A DNA stretch of 64,000 nt from a virus (IMGVR_UViG_3300037400_001757:3219-67218); one strand, 5' to 3'. Counted from the first letter of the stretch, positions 30,394 through 42,900 are shown. Numbers and translations are program-made. Notes: generated by a model not told the origin, from the sequence alone.

Positions 30394-31571
30394 TTATGTG
30401 CCTGGTTCATGATATACGCATTTATGATCTAACCAACCCCATACAGTTCCTATAACAGTACCAGCGCCTGATAAAGAACTAGGCTTAAAGTTATAATCAT
30501 AAGTTTCTCGTTCGAAATTAAGCATATTATAATCTGGATTAAAGAAGTCTAATACATGAATTGTATAATGTTCACTGCTAAAACTAGACTTATGAACTTT
30601 AGTTTCTAAATAAAAATTATTATCACCACCTTTAGTAACTCTGAATGAATCTAATCTTAGATCATTAGTAGGATTAAAATTAGTTGCTTTAACCCAATGG
30701 TCTGTAATATCTGAGCCAAATACTAAGTAAAATATTTCTACGATAGTGCATATTTGAGGATATGAATTATAACCTTTTCCTACAGATAATTTTAGATAAA
30801 AACCTGCAGACGTAGCTGTAGTAGACACTAATTTTAATGGTAGCATTGCTAATCTAAAATATACATTGTTAGTTCTATTAATTTGACTAATGAACTTAGA
30901 AAATTGGTTACTAGGAAATTCATTTATTAAGGCGAATCTATTATTAGGTTTAATGTCTAAACTTTTATACATCGGAGGGTTACAAAATGTACCTTCATAT
31001 ATAAAAACGTCTTTAAATGTGATATCTATATTACCTGTTGGGTGATTTGAATTAATATCACGTATACTAAGAACGACTGTATCAGCACCAGTTCCTCCGC
31101 TATTTAGAATACACCTTATACTTCCATTATCATATGTAGCTGGAGTATTTTCTAATATCTTGTTATATAATGTAGTTCCTTTTATATATGAAGTCATCAT
31201 ATAATTTTCTGAAGTACATGTTGTACCATAAGTACCAAGAGTATATCTATGGCCTGGCAATACTTTAAAGGTATGGGCCCATAAAGCTATGGTAATTGAA
31301 CTTATATCACTTTTTGTAACAGTTGCTGTAGCTTGTATTCTAATACTTTTATCACTAGTATTTCTAGTAACTGTGATGTTACTTAAAGAACCATATTGTA
31401 TTAGAAGATCCCAATCTTTACATAAATTTAGAATATTACTAGAACTATCTATATAGTCGTTTAAAGAATCTACAGTAAATGAAGTGGGATGCCCCCCCCC
31501 CTAGAGAAATCTGAATTTGGTACTAAATTCACAGGGGTCAAAATGTCAGTGAAACCTTTTACAAGTCCCAT
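30394..31571 (-). pseudogene. Frameshifted (putatively phase-variable) CBM-like / receptor-binding protein, 392 aa if the G tract were 11 nt
   Basis: AAAGGAG RBS + ATG at 31571 gives MGLVKGFTDILTPVNLVPNSDFSR; the G10 tract then leads to TAG at 31472-31470. The other frame is open from 31491 into the track ORF 30394..31260. NLVPNSDF and LPGHRYTL are carbohydrate-binding-module-like motifs. Confidence 0.75.
31492..31501 (-). repeat. Poly-G(10) homopolymer tract
   Basis: cccccccccc on the + strand; the only long G/C run I noticed in the window. Confidence 0.95.
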
Positions 31572-31660
31572 GTTAAATTCTCCTTTATATAATTAATAAG
31601 ATGTTAAAAAGGTAGAGCCTATATTTTAAGACTCTACCATTTATATTACTTTAATTTAAA

Positions 31661-32341
31661 TCAATTAGTTAACTTATGTTTATACGGATCTTGTTCTTCA
31701 AGATAATCTAATTGAGTATCAGTTAAAGGCCAAGGACCATTAGCATCTTTTTCACTCATATGGAATATTCTAATCTTTTTAGTTTGAAGCATTCTTTGAA
31801 TTTCAGGTCTAGATTCAAAAGTAGCCATTCCTTCAGGTGCAACTAAACAAGCTTCCATAGTAGCTTTATAGAGATCTTCAGTTTCTCTAGCAACTCTATC
31901 TTCATATTCTTGATTAGCTTCTTGTTCTAAAGCGGCTCTACAAGCTTCGATAGAAGGAAATTCACCTGTAGGTTCATCAGTTCTTTCGCCAGTTTCAGGA
32001 TCATGCTTATAGTATCTATCTAATACCATTTCGTCAGTAACTTCATAAGGCTGTTCTTTTTCTCTAGTGTCATGTTCACATCTATCATGGATAGCTTGTT
32101 CTTCAGCTTTAGACCAAGTAGGAAGTTCTATTTTTCTTTTAACTTCTTTATCACTATTATACATGCTAAAAGCAACCCATAATACTGATTGTCTACCATG
32201 AGGAACATCTGAGAAAGAATAATCTCTGATTTCAGGATATCTCTGATTCAGATTTTCAGACATTGGATCTTTCCTATAATTGTCAGAACGTTCTACGCAA
32301 ACTAATTTTTTGTCATAAATTAGATATAAATGATACATCAA
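31661..32341 (-). CDS. Hypothetical protein (226 aa), Glu-rich
   Basis: AGGAG RBS; immediately upstream of the poly-G gene. Confidence 0.75.
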   Translation of the reverse strand: MMYHLYLIYDKKLVCVERSDNYRKDPMSENLNQRYPEIRDYSFSDVPHGRQSVLWVAFSMYNSDKEVKRKIELPTWSKAEEQAIHDRCEHDTREKEQPYEVTDEMVLDRYYKHDPETGERTDEPTGEFPSIEACRAALEQEANQEYEDRVARETEDLYKATMEACLVAPEGMATFESRPEIQRMLQTKKIRIFHMSEKDANGPWPLTDTQLDYLEEQDPYKHKLTN

Positions 32342-32398
32342 TGTAACTCCTATATATAGAAATTTTCTTATAAGAAATTTAAACCCTTTATTGATATA

Positions 32399-32743
32399 TT
32401 AAATCTTGCCATTATTTAAAGCATCTATCTGCCAATCTAATAATATCTTTAAGGCATTCTTTGGTTTAAGGCCATTAACTCTAGCCAATTCTTTACTATT
32501 AGTTTTATCGTCATCATTATCTTTATCTTTAACGATAATAACCATAGTAGGCATAGTAGCTATTCTATAATCATCATATAAGCTTTTAGTATCTTCATTA
32601 TCAGCATCGTATGTAATGAATTCTATAGGCTTGTTAGATTGTTTATATTCTTGTTGTAATTGCTTTATAATAGGGTCTAACAGTCTACAAGTCTGACACC
32701 ATTCAGCTGTAAACTTTAGAACTTGTATTACCTTGTTTGACAT
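32399..32743 (-). CDS. trxA: Thioredoxin-like protein
   Basis: FTAEWCQTCRLLDPII (WCxxC) and cis-Pro region IATMPTMVII. Confidence 0.85.
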   Translation of the reverse strand: MSNKVIQVLKFTAEWCQTCRLLDPIIKQLQQEYKQSNKPIEFITYDADNEDTKSLYDDYRIATMPTMVIIVKDKDNDDDKTNSKELARVNGLKPKNALKILLDWQIDALNNGKI

Positions 32744-32861
32744 TTTAGTTAAATCTCCACAAATAATGAATGATATAATTTCTTATGTTTGATAAAGTTG
32801 TCAATAAGGTTTCGCATAAAGTTATATACTAAGATACTCTATATAAGGAACACAAAAGATT

Positions 32862-34118
32862 ATGTCTGGAAAGAATTGTTATTCATTAAAATTATTTATA
32901 GGTGATAAAGACTTTACCTATAAGCTTAATAATGTAAGGATAGAAATAGGTAAAGATTTTATCTTTCAAAAGATAGTACTTAACGTAAGTGTTAATAGGA
33001 TTGAATACACTAGTAGTATTATGCCATTTAAAGATAAGGTTAAATTAGACATAGTAAGTGCTAGAGGTTTAGAAAGTGATAATGATGTTCCAGATATAGA
33101 TGCTAGTTTTAGTTATGACTTAACCATAGTAGAAGAACAAGGTAATACTACAACTAATAATATTCAACAAGGTATTCCTACTACAGATGTAATGGTATTT
33201 ACTTGTATTCAAAGAGATCAATATAAATCATTACAGACAATGTGTAAAGATTTAAGTTTCTTTAATGTAACTAGAAGAGAAATAATAGATACTATATTAG
33301 AAGGTTGTCAATATGAGTTACAATCTGATTTAGTTAATCCTGGTCAGAATATATCACAATTATTTATAGAACCATGTAGAAGATATCAAGCTATACAATA
33401 TGTCCATGACAGAATAGATCTATTTGTAGGTGCTCCGCCTGATTATATTAATTATTGTATAGATGGTAAGATATATTTAGGTTCTTGTATTGATAATAAT
33501 CTAAAACCATTATCTATTATAATAGGTAGTGAATCTAACGATATTGATAAGATAGCTTCTACTAATGCTAATAATAGTGAACAATATGATTATGTAGCTA
33601 TACAGCCTATAGTTCAAAGTAATAATTATAATACCACTTGTATGAGATTAGGTAATAAGCAAAGGTATTGTTATTTACCTATGAACCATGTCTATGTTAA
33701 AGATACTAAATCTTTAAAGGATTATAATAATAACTTAGGATTATCTAATACTTATGGTGATAATGTTGAAACAGGCAATCATGTAAAGAATACTAATGTA
33801 AAAGAATCATGGATTACTTATAATGGATTAGATTTTATAGATAGTGCAGAAGATAATGAATATTTAGCTGAACATCATATATTTGAAAATATTAATCAAG
33901 CTATATCATTAAATCTAAATTTACAAGGCACTATTAAATTTGAACATTTCTTAATGGTAGGTAGGAAATGTAAAATAACTAGTGGTTATAGTGCTGAAAG
34001 ATATAATGGTGATTACTTTTTAGATACAGCTATATTATCGTTTAAAATGAATGGTGATGTATGGATTCCTACTGTTAGTGTTAAAGTAAAGACTTCTATA
34101 AAGGTAGGTAATTGTTGA
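32862..34118 (+). CDS. Baseplate hub (gp27 / late-control-D-like)
   Basis: C-terminal LNLQG...VGRKCKI...YNGDYFLDTAILSF pattern of hub proteins. Confidence 0.5.
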   Translation: MSGKNCYSLKLFIGDKDFTYKLNNVRIEIGKDFIFQKIVLNVSVNRIEYTSSIMPFKDKVKLDIVSARGLESDNDVPDIDASFSYDLTIVEEQGNTTTNNIQQGIPTTDVMVFTCIQRDQYKSLQTMCKDLSFFNVTRREIIDTILEGCQYELQSDLVNPGQNISQLFIEPCRRYQAIQYVHDRIDLFVGAPPDYINYCIDGKIYLGSCIDNNLKPLSIIIGSESNDIDKIASTNANNSEQYDYVAIQPIVQSNNYNTTCMRLGNKQRYCYLPMNHVYVKDTKSLKDYNNNLGLSNTYGDNVETGNHVKNTNVKESWITYNGLDFIDSAEDNEYLAEHHIFENINQAISLNLNLQGTIKFEHFLMVGRKCKITSGYSAERYNGDYFLDTAILSFKMNGDVWIPTVSVKVKTSIKVGNC

Positions 34119-34122
34119 TATC

Positions 34123-35883
34123 ATGTTAGATAAAGATATTGAAAGGAAAAGTAGTCAGCAAGCTTTAAGTAGTATTATTAATAATATTGGTAATACTGAT
34201 ATTAAGTTAAATCAAGAAGATGTAGATGAATTACAAGAATGGTGTAATTGTAAAGATGACTTCTTCTATTTTCTAAAGAATTATGTAGGAATGGATACTG
34301 TAGGTGACCAAACATTCTATTATCATACAGGGCAAGAATTACTAGTAAGAACACTAATGACATATCATAAAGCAGTATGTCTTAAATCTAGACAGATAGG
34401 TATTACTACAGTTATAAGAGCTTATGCTGTTTGGTTATGTATCTTTAATAAGAATTATACTGTTGGTGTAATATCTAAGACAGGGCCTGATGCTACTGCA
34501 TTTGCTAGAAAGTGTATATCTATTATAGATGAGTTACCATCATTTTTAAATCCTGGTTTTAAAAAGAAAACAGAACAACAGTTTATCTTGAAGAATGATT
34601 CATTATTAATTACTGCGGCAGTATCAGCTTCTCAACCAGAAAACACTTTAAGATCTAATCCTATAGTATTCCTTATAATAGATGAAGGTGCTTTCGTTGG
34701 TAAAATTGACCAAGCAGTATCAGGTCTATTTCCTACTACTATTACTATACAGAAAGCTGCTAAGAAGAATGGTATTCCTTATGGTATATTAGTGATATCT
34801 ACTCCTAATAAGACTAGTGGTACTGGCAAATGGTTTTTTGAAATGTATAAAGCTGCTTTAATGAATAATAGTTTAGATAATGTTGATAACGAAGGATATA
34901 GAGCTGTTAAATTACATTGGAAAGATTTAAGAGGTGTACTTAAAAATGATATGCCTTTTGGGCAAGATTATTATGATGAAATGTGTAGAACTTTTAACTA
35001 TCAAGAAGATATGATTGCTCAAGAAGTTGATTGTGTATTTTTACCAGCAACTAAGAATGGTATATTAACATCACCTGAAGTAGTAGAAATCAATAAGCAT
35101 ATTAAAAAGCCTTGCCAAGTTATTAAATCTATTAATGGTGATATCAATATCTATGATGAAACATTAGAGGAAACTAAAGATAAAAGAAGATTCGTTATAG
35201 GTGTAGATACAGCGACTAGTAATGGACATAATACTTTTTCTACGGTAGAAGTTATTGATTATGATACTAATGACCAAGTATGTGAATTTATAGGTAAGCC
35301 TAATATATATGATTATCCTGAAGTTATTAAATCTATTTGTAAGATATTCTATCCTAATATTTACATTATAGCTGAACGTAACACTATAGGTGAATCTGTA
35401 GTAGAATCATTATGTAGAGATAAAGTCTATGGTAGATTTTGCCATAAGACTGTTATTAGAGATAGTAAGACTAAAGCTATAGTTAAGCAATATAATGGAT
35501 TAGAAACTAATAGTAAAACTAAACCATTATATTTAGAAGCTGTTACACAATTCTTTAAAGATAATCTAGATAAGATACATAGTGAAAAAGCTATTATTCA
35601 AATTACTCAAACTGAAATTGAAAACGGTAGAATATTAACTACTCCAAACGATGCTATCATGGTATTCGCCTTTATTGCCTATTGTAAGAGAAATAATCTA
35701 ATTAGATTTATAAACAAAATCACTAATGAAGGTGATTACACACATAGAAGTGCTGTAGCTGATATGTCTGAATCTCAACTATTAGATTATCTATATGATA
35801 AAGATAGAAGTGTATATATGAGAAACAGTAGTTCTATTAAATATAGAGATAATGACACTTGGGTAGACAAACTCAATGGTTAG
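34123..35883 (+). CDS. terL: Terminase large subunit (T4 gp17-like)
   Basis: KSRQIGITT (Walker A), FLIIDEGAF (Walker B), ISTPN, IGVDTA (RNase H Asp). Confidence 0.93.
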   Translation: MLDKDIERKSSQQALSSIINNIGNTDIKLNQEDVDELQEWCNCKDDFFYFLKNYVGMDTVGDQTFYYHTGQELLVRTLMTYHKAVCLKSRQIGITTVIRAYAVWLCIFNKNYTVGVISKTGPDATAFARKCISIIDELPSFLNPGFKKKTEQQFILKNDSLLITAAVSASQPENTLRSNPIVFLIIDEGAFVGKIDQAVSGLFPTTITIQKAAKKNGIPYGILVISTPNKTSGTGKWFFEMYKAALMNNSLDNVDNEGYRAVKLHWKDLRGVLKNDMPFGQDYYDEMCRTFNYQEDMIAQEVDCVFLPATKNGILTSPEVVEINKHIKKPCQVIKSINGDINIYDETLEETKDKRRFVIGVDTATSNGHNTFSTVEVIDYDTNDQVCEFIGKPNIYDYPEVIKSICKIFYPNIYIIAERNTIGESVVESLCRDKVYGRFCHKTVIRDSKTKAIVKQYNGLETNSKTKPLYLEAVTQFFKDNLDKIHSEKAIIQITQTEIENGRILTTPNDAIMVFAFIAYCKRNNLIRFINKITNEGDYTHRSAVADMSESQLLDYLYDKDRSVYMRNSSSIKYRDNDTWVDKLNG

Positions 35884-35908
35884 AATACTTTTAGGAGATT
35901 AAGTAAAA

Positions 35909-36961
35909 ATGTTTTTAAAAGCAACTAGAGGAAGGGTAGTTTGTACTGAGATATCTGGCCTTACTCCAAGTATGATGAAGAAAAATGGTCAGATACAAGA
36001 AATCAAACTATCTAATGATAATAAGAGTTTAATAGGTACTGGTTTTACTAGTCAATATGTTAAAGATATTATTAAAGACCAAGTATTTAAAAGAACTAAG
36101 AAATTCCAATCTATTAGTGAATCTATGTGCAGACTAGTAGACAATGGTTTAATCACTCCTATTATGTTTTCTAATAATGATGAATATATGCACATAATAG
36201 AAAACTTTAATGTATATCAATATGAAAAACGTATAATGGGATTTTATGATACTCAAGAAAATAGTATCTTCTTATGCCTAAATAATCTAGCTATAGGTAG
36301 TGCTGGTTCTATTAGTGATAGCAGTATTGTATCATTAATAGCTCATGAATTAATGCACTATGCTTGTAAGAATCATTTTAAAGAATACAAAAGTATTTGG
36401 GACCAATCTACAATGGCATTCTATAAAGTATTATTCAAAGGCTATTTCTGTTTAGATAATATTCCTAATGAATTAATTAGAAACTATGTTGATGCCATGT
36501 ATAAAATGGAACGTAATGGTAATACTAAAGACATGTTCATTAGATTAGATGATATATTAAAATATGCCGAAGATCATACTAATGATGAAAATGTATGTTA
36601 TGCTAATTATAAAGCATTAGACAGATTATTCCAATATATGTGTAGTGAACCTGATAATAAGACAGGTGTCAAAATAGGTAAATTAAGTAGAGCCTTTTTT
36701 GCTGAACATTTCCAAAATGCTTACAATAAGATATTCTTTGCTTTAAATCCTAAGTTAGCTTCTTTTTATGATTTCAATAAAGGAGCTAATCAAGAAAATT
36801 CTAATAGAATAGATGTCATAAGTACATTCTATCAAGAGTTTATAGCTAGTAGTGAAATAAGTGCTATGATAGCTGGTACTCTTATTAAGGAATTATATAC
36901 TCAGCAAAAAGAATTAGATAGAGATAATCCTGTTGCTAAATTAATTAATAACATTATCTAA
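35909..36961 (+). CDS. Putative zinc metallopeptidase
   Basis: GFYD...IFL...LIAHELMHY (HEXXH). Confidence 0.6.
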   Translation: MFLKATRGRVVCTEISGLTPSMMKKNGQIQEIKLSNDNKSLIGTGFTSQYVKDIIKDQVFKRTKKFQSISESMCRLVDNGLITPIMFSNNDEYMHIIENFNVYQYEKRIMGFYDTQENSIFLCLNNLAIGSAGSISDSSIVSLIAHELMHYACKNHFKEYKSIWDQSTMAFYKVLFKGYFCLDNIPNELIRNYVDAMYKMERNGNTKDMFIRLDDILKYAEDHTNDENVCYANYKALDRLFQYMCSEPDNKTGVKIGKLSRAFFAEHFQNAYNKIFFALNPKLASFYDFNKGANQENSNRIDVISTFYQEFIASSEISAMIAGTLIKELYTQQKELDRDNPVAKLINNII

Positions 36962-36979
36962 AGTGAGAACTAAAATATC

Positions 36980-39900
36980 ATGTTAAACGGTAAACTTGAA
37001 AATTCATTTATATCTGGGCAAGATAAAGAAACACTAAGACGTACTAGAACTGAAAGACAGAATTACGAAGAGTTATCTAAAGAATTTAGAGAACGAATTG
37101 TAAAAGATTTAAATACTAAAGAATTACAATCATTATCTAAGAACTCTAGTGCTTCATTAACATCTATCCAAGCTATGATGAAGGTTCAAGGTTCTTACCT
37201 TAGGAACATTGATAACACGCTAAAAAGATTAGTAAAGATAAATGATAATTTTATAAAAGCATTAACTAAGAATTTATCTTTAGGTACTAAAATTAATCTA
37301 GGTAATAAGGCTAGTATATTAGGTAGTTATGCCACTGATAATAGAAAGAACATTATAAGAGATAATAAGGAATACGCTAATTTAAGTAGCTCTATATCTA
37401 CATTTACTGATGTCATCAAAAAGCTAGATGAAAGACAAAGAGAAAGAACTAACGAAGTTCTTTCCATGTTAAGTGAAGTACCTACAGATTTAAGCACTAA
37501 TATCAGTATAGCTATTGATAAGACCTTAAGAGACCATCCTATGTTAAGAAAGGTCTATGGCACGTTATCTGCCACTGCTGGTACTGCTTTTAATTGGACT
37601 AAACAAGGTATTAGTGAAATGCTAGGATTACCAACTAATATATCTTTAGGTAACTTAACTAAAATAGTTAGTTGGAATGTTACTGGTAAATGGGAACGTG
37701 AAGTAAGGATAAATAAGTCATTACCATTACAGACATTAATATCATTATTATCATCTATTCAAAAGCAAACTTGGTTAATTAATAATGATACTTTACAGAA
37801 TATTCAAAATGGTTATAAGAGTAGTACCAAAGAATTAGAAGATAAAGGTGGATTAAAAACTTTAGCTGATAGTATTAGCCCAGGCTTAAAGAAAATGTTC
37901 CTAACTTATTTAGGTTTAAAAGCTGGAACTAATGGTTGGCTACCTTTCTTAAAACTTGATAATGCAGCATTTTGGTTAAGCAAAAAGATACTATTCCCTG
38001 TCGTAGGATTCTTAGGCAATATAGGTGTAAGCTTATTAACTATTCTAGGAAAAGGTGCTATTAATTATCCTAAGATAACAACTGGTTTTGTAAGTGTAGG
38101 CGCTTTACTTTTAAATAGAGCTAAGACTAACGCTAAACGATTGGCTGATAATGAAAAGAAGCTAAACAAGATGAGGTCTGAAGCTCAAGGTAACTGGTAT
38201 AATCCTGATTATGAAACTATTAAAGTTGGCGGTAAAACATTATCTGAAAAAGATAGATCTAAGAGTTGGGCTGGTTATATTAAAGAAGAGTTTAGTAAAG
38301 GATTCTGGCGTGAAACATTTACTAAAGGTTTTGGTAAAACTGTAGGTGGTTTATGGAAATCTATCTTCAATCAAGATGCTTTACGTAAAGAAAGAGAAGC
38401 TAACGATAAAGAAGCTGAACTCAAAGCTATAGAAAGTTTTAAAATCAAATTTATGACATCTATAGCTAAGAGAGGACAAGATGTTGCAGATGCTATCATT
38501 GGTTTAAAGGAAGCAGAATATGATATTAAGCTAATGAGAGAGCAAGTGGTAGGCAAATCTAATTTTAAAGAGATAGAGGAAGCCAAAAAACTTATAGCTG
38601 ATTTAAAAGCTCAACAGCAACATGCTGAAGACACTAAGATAGAAGCTAATTGGTGGGGTAGATTCTTTACTAAGCAATGGTGGTCAGATTGGTCTGGTAC
38701 TAAATCTGCATATAATTGGACTAAAGATAAACTTAGTAATACTAAAACTAGCGTAGTAGATTTCTATAATAATGCTAAAGAGCCTTTATGGTGGATGAGC
38801 CAAGGTGATAAACTAAAGGATTGGTATAATACTACATTCACTAAAGATAATTTTAAGAATACTGGTAAGAATGGCTTAGATAAAGTAAGGAATTTCTTAA
38901 CTGATAATAGGGTATCTAATCTGATAGTAGATTGGTTTAAAGAATTTACCGAAGGTAAAGATGAAGGCAAAGGTATACGTGATCTTATCGGAGGTACAAC
39001 TGGAGCAAATTCATCTAACTTAGGCTGGCTAAGACTAGCTAAAAACAGACTAGCATTATTACGAACAGGTAAAGATGAAAAAGGAAATAATATTAAAGGA
39101 GATAATCTTTATAAGGGATTAAAGAACGCTAATAACAGTAAAGGTATATCTGATATATTAAACCAATTAGATCCTGATGAACAAAAGAGTTTTGCTTTCT
39201 TATTATTATCTAGAATTGGTTATCAAAAAGGTAATACTCTAGAAAGTAGAATTCAAGATCTAAAGGATCAATTATGGGTTAATAAGGACGGCAAAAGTTT
39301 CGCTAGTAGAGTTATTAAAGAATTACAGAATATCAATAACCAATTCTATTATAATAAAACTGGTGAGAAAACATTCGCCACAATGTTATTCGATAAGTTA
39401 GGTAAGGTTGGCGATAAAAGCTTAATTCAATTAACTAGAGAAATACATGATGATGTATGCACAAGTCAAGAAGGTAAAGGCACTACGCCTACTTTAAAGT
39501 ATATTATTAGAGGTGGATTAGATCCTATTACTAAAAAGGATTTCAGACAATACTTGCCAGAACCTTCAATCCATTTATATGAAAGATTTGATAAATGGCT
39601 TGAAAAAGAAGGTATAGATAATATTCAAAGTCAGGCTCGTGGCACTATGCAATATTATACATCTGGTAATATGATATATGGCAATCAGGCTAATCAACAA
39701 TTATCTAATGCAGCTAAAGGCAAAGGTAACCAAGGTACGGTATCTAATATATTTAAAGCATTAAATGAAACTAATAATGGAAGCCTTTTCTACAAGATGG
39801 CTGTTGATATACATGCCATAGCTGCTTTATTAAGAGACCAATTTAAACCTACTAAGACTAAATCTGGTAAAACTAATAGTGTAATTAATCTATCTGATGG

Positions 39901-42900
39901 TCAATTTGATGGAATACCTTACTTTGCTACAGGTGCCAAAGTAGATGGTCCTACATTAGCTATGGTCGGTGAAGCTGGACCTGAAAAAGTACAACCATTA
40001 ACTGGTCCTGTTGCTGAAGAAGTTCATAAACAAGAAGCGAAAGGTATATTTGGATATCTAAAAGATTATTTTTCTAGTGTATCTGAAAGAAGCAAAGAAT
40101 ATCAAGAAAAATATAAGTATAATAAGATAGCTGCAGGTGCTAATGTTATAAGTAAAGATATAGCACATTATCTATGGGAAGATGCAAAACAGACTGGTAA
40201 AGATGCTGTCAATGCTGCTATAAGTGGAACTAAGATAGCAGGCGTAGCCGCTGGAGCTGGAATAGTAGGAACTGTAGCTTTAACAGCAGCAGCAATATCT
40301 AAAGCTCCAGATGCAGTAAGAGCTGCCAAAAAATTTATGGATGAAGCTAATACTGTAGGTGTATATTCTGATAGATCAGAAAGTCTTAGAAGAGAAAATG
40401 AATTTGCTGATGAAGGCCTAAGTGGTAACTTCTTATCTAATATTGATAAGTTTGCTGACGCTAAAAAGAAAATTCAAGAAGAACGTATAGCTAAGGTTAT
40501 AAGTGATACCATAAATGAATATGAGCAACAGAATGGTTTTGGTAAAAGAGTTAAGACAGTATTAACTGATTATATAACTAATCCTATTAAGAATTATTTT
40601 GATGACACTATAGCTAAAGGTAAAACTAAAGCTGGTAAGGTATTGCATGGAATAAGTTCTTATTTAAAAAATGATTTAGAAACATTTAAGAAAAGATTTA
40701 AGTCTAAATATTTGCCGTTTTTTAAAGATCCTATTGGAGTGTTATTAGGAAGTGCATCTGAACCTGCTCATTTATCATTACTAACCAATCTAATAAGTAG
40801 AGCAATATTTCCTGTAATTGGCATAGGATTAATATGGTTATTAATGAATCCTAGAATGAAATCAGCTACTAAGAAATTCGTAACTGGCATAATACCTAAT
40901 TATCTTAGATATGGTTTCTGGGGCGGCACTTCAAGAAACATAGTTAATGCTTTAGAAATGCTTCCTGGGAATGAAGAATATTTTGGTAGTGAAAGTAAAT
41001 TAGACCGATTAGGTTACTTAGCTGGAAAAGGAGCAGGTAAAGCTGGTTTAGCTGCAGGTTATCAACTTGTTGCCAAACGTCTAGGTAAGAGCACTGGTAA
41101 AGCTTTAAGTAAACTTGGTTTAAAAAGTTTTGCTAAAACTATACCATTCTCATCTTTACTATGGGACGTTAGTGAATATGGGTTATCTAAATACCGTGAA
41201 GCAACGGCAAAAACTATAGAAGAAAAAGAAAAATATGCTAGAGATGTAAGAACTGATTCTGGTAGGTTAAAATCAACAGCAATAGGAACAGCTTTAGGGG
41301 CTGGAATAGGCGCGTTAGGACTTGGTGTTGGTGCAGCACCAGGAGCTGCTATAGGAGGAACAATAGGATCTGTTGGATATGATATATATAATGCTTTTAG
41401 TGATACTAATGAATATGTTTCAGATGATGTATTCTTAAAAGAAAAAGCTAAAAGATATGGGTTCACGCAATTAGACTTATTAACTAAAGATCAAAAGAAA
41501 CTTCTCAAAACTTATATACTTCAATTAGAAACTTCTTCTTTTGTAAAAACTTTATCGCCTACGCAATTAGAACAACTTAAGTATACTATTGCTAGACTTG
41601 GTAATAGTAAATTTATAGTATCTAAACAAGATTGGTTAGGCAACTGGAGTTATGACGAAGGAGACTTTGCCGCTAGTTTTGTCAATAGTGAACAATATAA
41701 ATATCTTGAAAGAGATCTAGGATTCTGGAAAAATAAGCATGCTAATCAAAAGATATTCTTTGGCCTTGGCATAAGTAAGACTGGAAGATTATGTACTGGC
41801 AACCCTAGAACTGAAATGATGTTAATGTCACAATGGGTTAATGAAAGTGGTAACGAAGAAGTTATAGTTGCTTGGAGAGGTTTACCACCTGATACTCAAG
41901 CTAAATATTTAAAAGAGTGGTGTAGATGGCAATACGGTGTTGATGCCGCACAATTTAAAGATGAAGATGGAAATAAGATACTTAATGACATATTAAATGA
42001 GTACAATAGTTTACAAAGAAAGAAAGAAACCAATGTTGAAACTGCAGCTAAAAGAGTGGTTACTCCCACTAAAAAGAAAGGGTTTAAACATAGTTTAGGT
42101 TATCTAAATGCTAAAGGCGAAATAGTAGACAAACTGGATAATGTTACTAGTAGTGATATTATTTCACAGAACTTTCAACCTTTGTCTTCTGTACCTAGTG
42201 ATATAGCTGAAAGAATTAAAACAGCTGCTAAAATTCAAACTGATATTATGGGTGCAAATAGAGATTATGCTTTGAAAAAACGTAATGAATTAAAAGCTAA
42301 GCAGAAAAAATTAGAAGACCAAGGCTTACATGTAGAAGCTGGTAGGATTAAAGATGAACTTGAAAAGAAGATGCATGATGACGAAGGTTTTTATTGCGCT
42401 AGAGGTGTAGGCAATACATTAGCTAAAGCTGGTTTGCTTAGTAAGCATCCTGGCGGACACGCTTGGACGTATGCTAATACATTATCTAAGAGTAAAAATT
42501 TTATAGAAACTACTAAAGATTACAAAGAAGATCCAAAGGAATTATTAGGTGCTCCTTTAGGTAGTGTTATCGTATGGGGTAAAAGTAAAGAAAGACCAAA
42601 TGGACACGTAGCTATAGTTGTAGGTAAAGATACAAAAGGTAACGTTATAGAAAGTAGTGATAGGCAATCTCTATTAGCTAAAACTATTGAAAGAGCTAAT
42701 CAATACAGTGGTTTCAGAGTATTTTATCCAAACGTAAATAACCAACCTAAACAATCTTCTAGCTTATTTAGTGGCTTAAAAGACCTATATAATACAGGTG
42801 CAGAAAAGTTTTCTAATTTCGTAGGAAACACGAAAACTACTCTTAATAAGATGGCAACTAGTGTATCTTCTGCTATTGACCCTAAATCTGATATGGCTAA

